Below, piece after piece: positions 61,758 through 64,000 of a stretch of DNA of 64,000 nucleotides. A model generated the notes under the pieces. It did no database searches. It was not told where the DNA came from and saw nothing but the letters and a program-made list of their open reading frames with translations. The stretch's first letter is position 1. Each line of letters starts with the position of its first letter. Both the position numbers and the translations under genes were made by a program. The DNA lies in assembly GCA_965224085.1 (NCBI GenBank), contig CBDCYI010000011.1, forward strand, positions 960,001 to 1,024,000, read 5' to 3'. Origin of the DNA: Candidatus Marinacidobacterales bacterium. Its GTDB lineage: Bacteria > Acidobacteriota > Vicinamibacteria > Marinacidobacterales > SMYC01.

Positions 61758-63544
61758 ATGTTCTCGCGCGAAGCACGCGTTCGGCTCTTTCTCGCCCTTT
61801 TGATCCTTGTGCTCGTGCTCACGAATAGCCAGAGCCTCCTGGTTTCCTATCAATCCCGAGGCGTTCTCACCGAGCTATTCGAGTCGCGCTCACGCGAAAC
61901 GGCGCTGCGCATCGTCTCTGATCTCGGTGAAGGCCGCGACGAAGCCATCAGTGTTCTAACGGCCCGGCTCGAGAATCTAGCCAAACACCGTGAGCTCATC
62001 TCCATCTGCGTCCTCGACTGGAGCGGCCGGCTCGTTACTCCTGGGGCGTGCGGGCCTCCCGAGAGCGACGAGCGCGAACGTTTGTCTCGCGAAGGGTTCG
62101 ACGAGCTTCGTGAAAACGGCTGGACGATGAGCGACGTGGCGCCCGCCTACGATGCCGACCGCGCGCGCGCCTTCGCCTACTTGGTGCTTCCCACTATTCC
62201 GCTGCGCGATGCTGTTCGGCATCTTGCGGATCGAGGTGCCGGCTCCACGTCTTGCCGACGCGAACCGCCGATTTCGAAGCTCACTCGTCTACCAAGTCTC
62301 CGCTCTGAGCCTGGTGCTTCTCGCCATCGTACTCTTTCTGAACAGCATGCTCGCGCCCCAGCGTCGGCTCGTCGCGGAAGCCCGATCCGTGGCGAGCGAG
62401 CTCCCCGAAACCAGAATCGATGAGACCGACGAAAGTGAATTTCTCTTGACGACCTTTCAGGAGGTCGTCGCGCGCTTGAAGGAAAAGGAGCGGGAGCTCT
62501 CGGCTCTGCATCAGCTCGAGAAAGCGCGCGCTGACGAGACGGAAGCGCTCGCGAGCGACATCATCCGCAGCATGACAACGGGTCTCGTGAGCCTCGACCC
62601 CTCGGGAACAGTGGTGTTGGTCAATCCGGCGGCGGAGCGCATCTTCGACCTCGAAGCGTCAAAGGTGCTGAAGCTCCCTTTTGCTGAAGTCTTTCCGGGC
62701 TCGCCGGCGCTCGCGACGCGCGCCGATGAAGCTCTCGAGCTCGGCGCCTATCACCTTCGAGGGCAGGCGCTCTACAAGAAGGAAAGCGGCGAGACGCTTC
62801 ACCTCGGTGTGAGCGTTATCCCGCTCCTGGCTTCGGATGGCGGCACGAGAGGTGCTATTTGTTTGCTCGCCGATCTGACCGAAATCGTCTCGCTGCGCGA
62901 GCGATTGCTACTCAAGGAGAACCTCGCTCGGCTGGGTGAAATGGTCGCCGGGATTGCCCACGAGTTCCGAAACGGCCTCGGGACGATCATGGGCAATGCC
63001 AAGCTTCTGAAAGGGCAGGGCGGAGACGAATCGGAAGAGCTTGTCGACGCGCTTCTCGAAGAGAGCCACTCGCTCGCTCGCGTCGTGACCGAGTTCCTTC
63101 AATTTGCGCGGCCGGAATCGCTCCAGCTGGAAGCGGTCGATCTCTACGCTCTCTTGCGCGACCTTTTGGATGAGTTGAAGCAGCGCGCCGCGCGCGACGA
63201 TGTTCATCTTTCGCTCGAAGCGGATGGCGTGATTAGCCTTCCGGCCGACGAGCCTATGCTTCGCAAGGCGGTCTCGAACCTCGTCGTCAATGCGATCGAA
63301 GCGGTGGCGGCGTCCAAGGCGAAGAAAGGCTCGGTCCGTGTCGAGCTTGCCCGCACCGCGGATCTTTACGCCCTTTACGACGGGGAAGGTGGATGGCACC
63401 GGGCTCGGTTTGTCGGTGGTCCAGAAAATCATCGTCTCGCATAACGGAACCGTGGAGCTCGAGAAGACGAACGGCGGTGCGAGCTTTGCCATCCGCCTTC
63501 CTATGAGTGGGGATACGCGCGAATATTCCGAAGGCTGGCTGTAA
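61758..63544 (+). CDS. Membrane PAS-HisKA-HATPase sensor kinase, frameshift near 62200 and apparent deletion near 63357
   Basis: Two TMs, PAS (VNPAAERI), AHEFRNGL, NLVVNAIEA; IFTPFTTGK..GTGLGL is in another frame and the DxGxG box is missing. Confidence 0.8.
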
Positions 63545-63588
63545 TTGCCGCTTTCCTTTTTGGTCGTAAACGAGGTATTCTAAGATAC

Positions 63589-63786
63589 TTAACCCTAATC
63601 GCAAAATCTTCGAAGCACGAAAACGCGAAACAGCCGCACTGGGCGCAGGCGAGAAGCTCGTGCTGGGGCACCCGCTCGCCGCCACTATAGGTGATTCTGC
63701 ACGGTGTATGCAGAACCTGGAAAAGGTGCTATTCACGGGGGCCAAAGACCTCAGACACGGTGACGTTTATTTGCGATTAGGGTTAA
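63589..63786. mobile_element. MITE-like element, copy 2 (inverted relative to copy 1)
   Basis: Same TIRs; by eye it differs from copy 1 by two substitutions and one G indel. Confidence 0.9.
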
Positions 63787-63838
63787 GAACGTAGGCAAGG
63801 TCACTTCTGGTCGCGATCGGTAAGATCAGGGAGGGCAC

Positions 63839-64000
63839 ATGGCATCACCAGAGGACGGTGGCTGCGGCAACGTTGCCGGCACCCAAGGAATGAAGCGCTG
63901 CCCTCATTGTGGCGCCAAGAACAAGAACTCGTTGGAGTACTGCCTCCGGTGCTCGGAGTCGTTGGACGATGTCGCCGAGTGGGGTGGCGGCGGTAGCTCG
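63839..64000 (+). CDS. Zinc-ribbon protein, 5' fragment (runs off the window)
   Basis: GGAGG RBS; CPHCG..CLRC motif. Confidence 0.6.
   Translation, partial: MASPEDGGCGNVAGTQGMKRCPHCGAKNKNSLEYCLRCSESLDDVAEWGGGGSS

Overview
GC-rich bacterial chromosome segment. Gene content and order suggest Acidobacteriota, but this is inference only. From left to right it holds: an operon of Ser/Thr kinase-PEGA, TPR-NHL, PEGA-PDZ, FHA-HAMP and FHA genes; yqeY-ldcA-mpl; a signalling cluster (GAF histidine kinase, unknown helical protein, GAF-HD-GYP, cNMP-FHA); an orphan TPR secretin with lolA; a decayed island scar at tRNA-Ala(CGC); ggt; a UGA/SECIS selenoprotein; rplM-rpsI-rpsB-tsf-pyrH-frr; IS1634 and IS200 elements; pilMNOPQ with accessory genes, a roadblock gene and accBC; thiE-folD-coaE; the kdsB-pyrG-kdsA-kdsD-kdsC-lapA-lapB cluster; and pilB-pilT-pilC-(pilS remnant)-pilR-pilD. 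Best leads: (1) a phosphothreonine signalling operon with a kinase-less FHA-TM-sensor-TM-HAMP receptor whose linker amplifies T-x-x-L/I/V motifs; (2) a selenocysteine redoxin fused to a DsbD-N-like domain, with a clear SECIS hairpin; (3) a two-copy TTAA-flanked MITE; (4) an IS200 between the pilM promoters and pilM, plus a mosaic second copy in lapB that suggests a polymorphic insertion at a shared TTAG^TTGA site. Many frameshifts and deletions hit conserved genes, so the consensus is probably error-prone and pseudogene calls are tentative. No CRISPR array or rRNA was seen.
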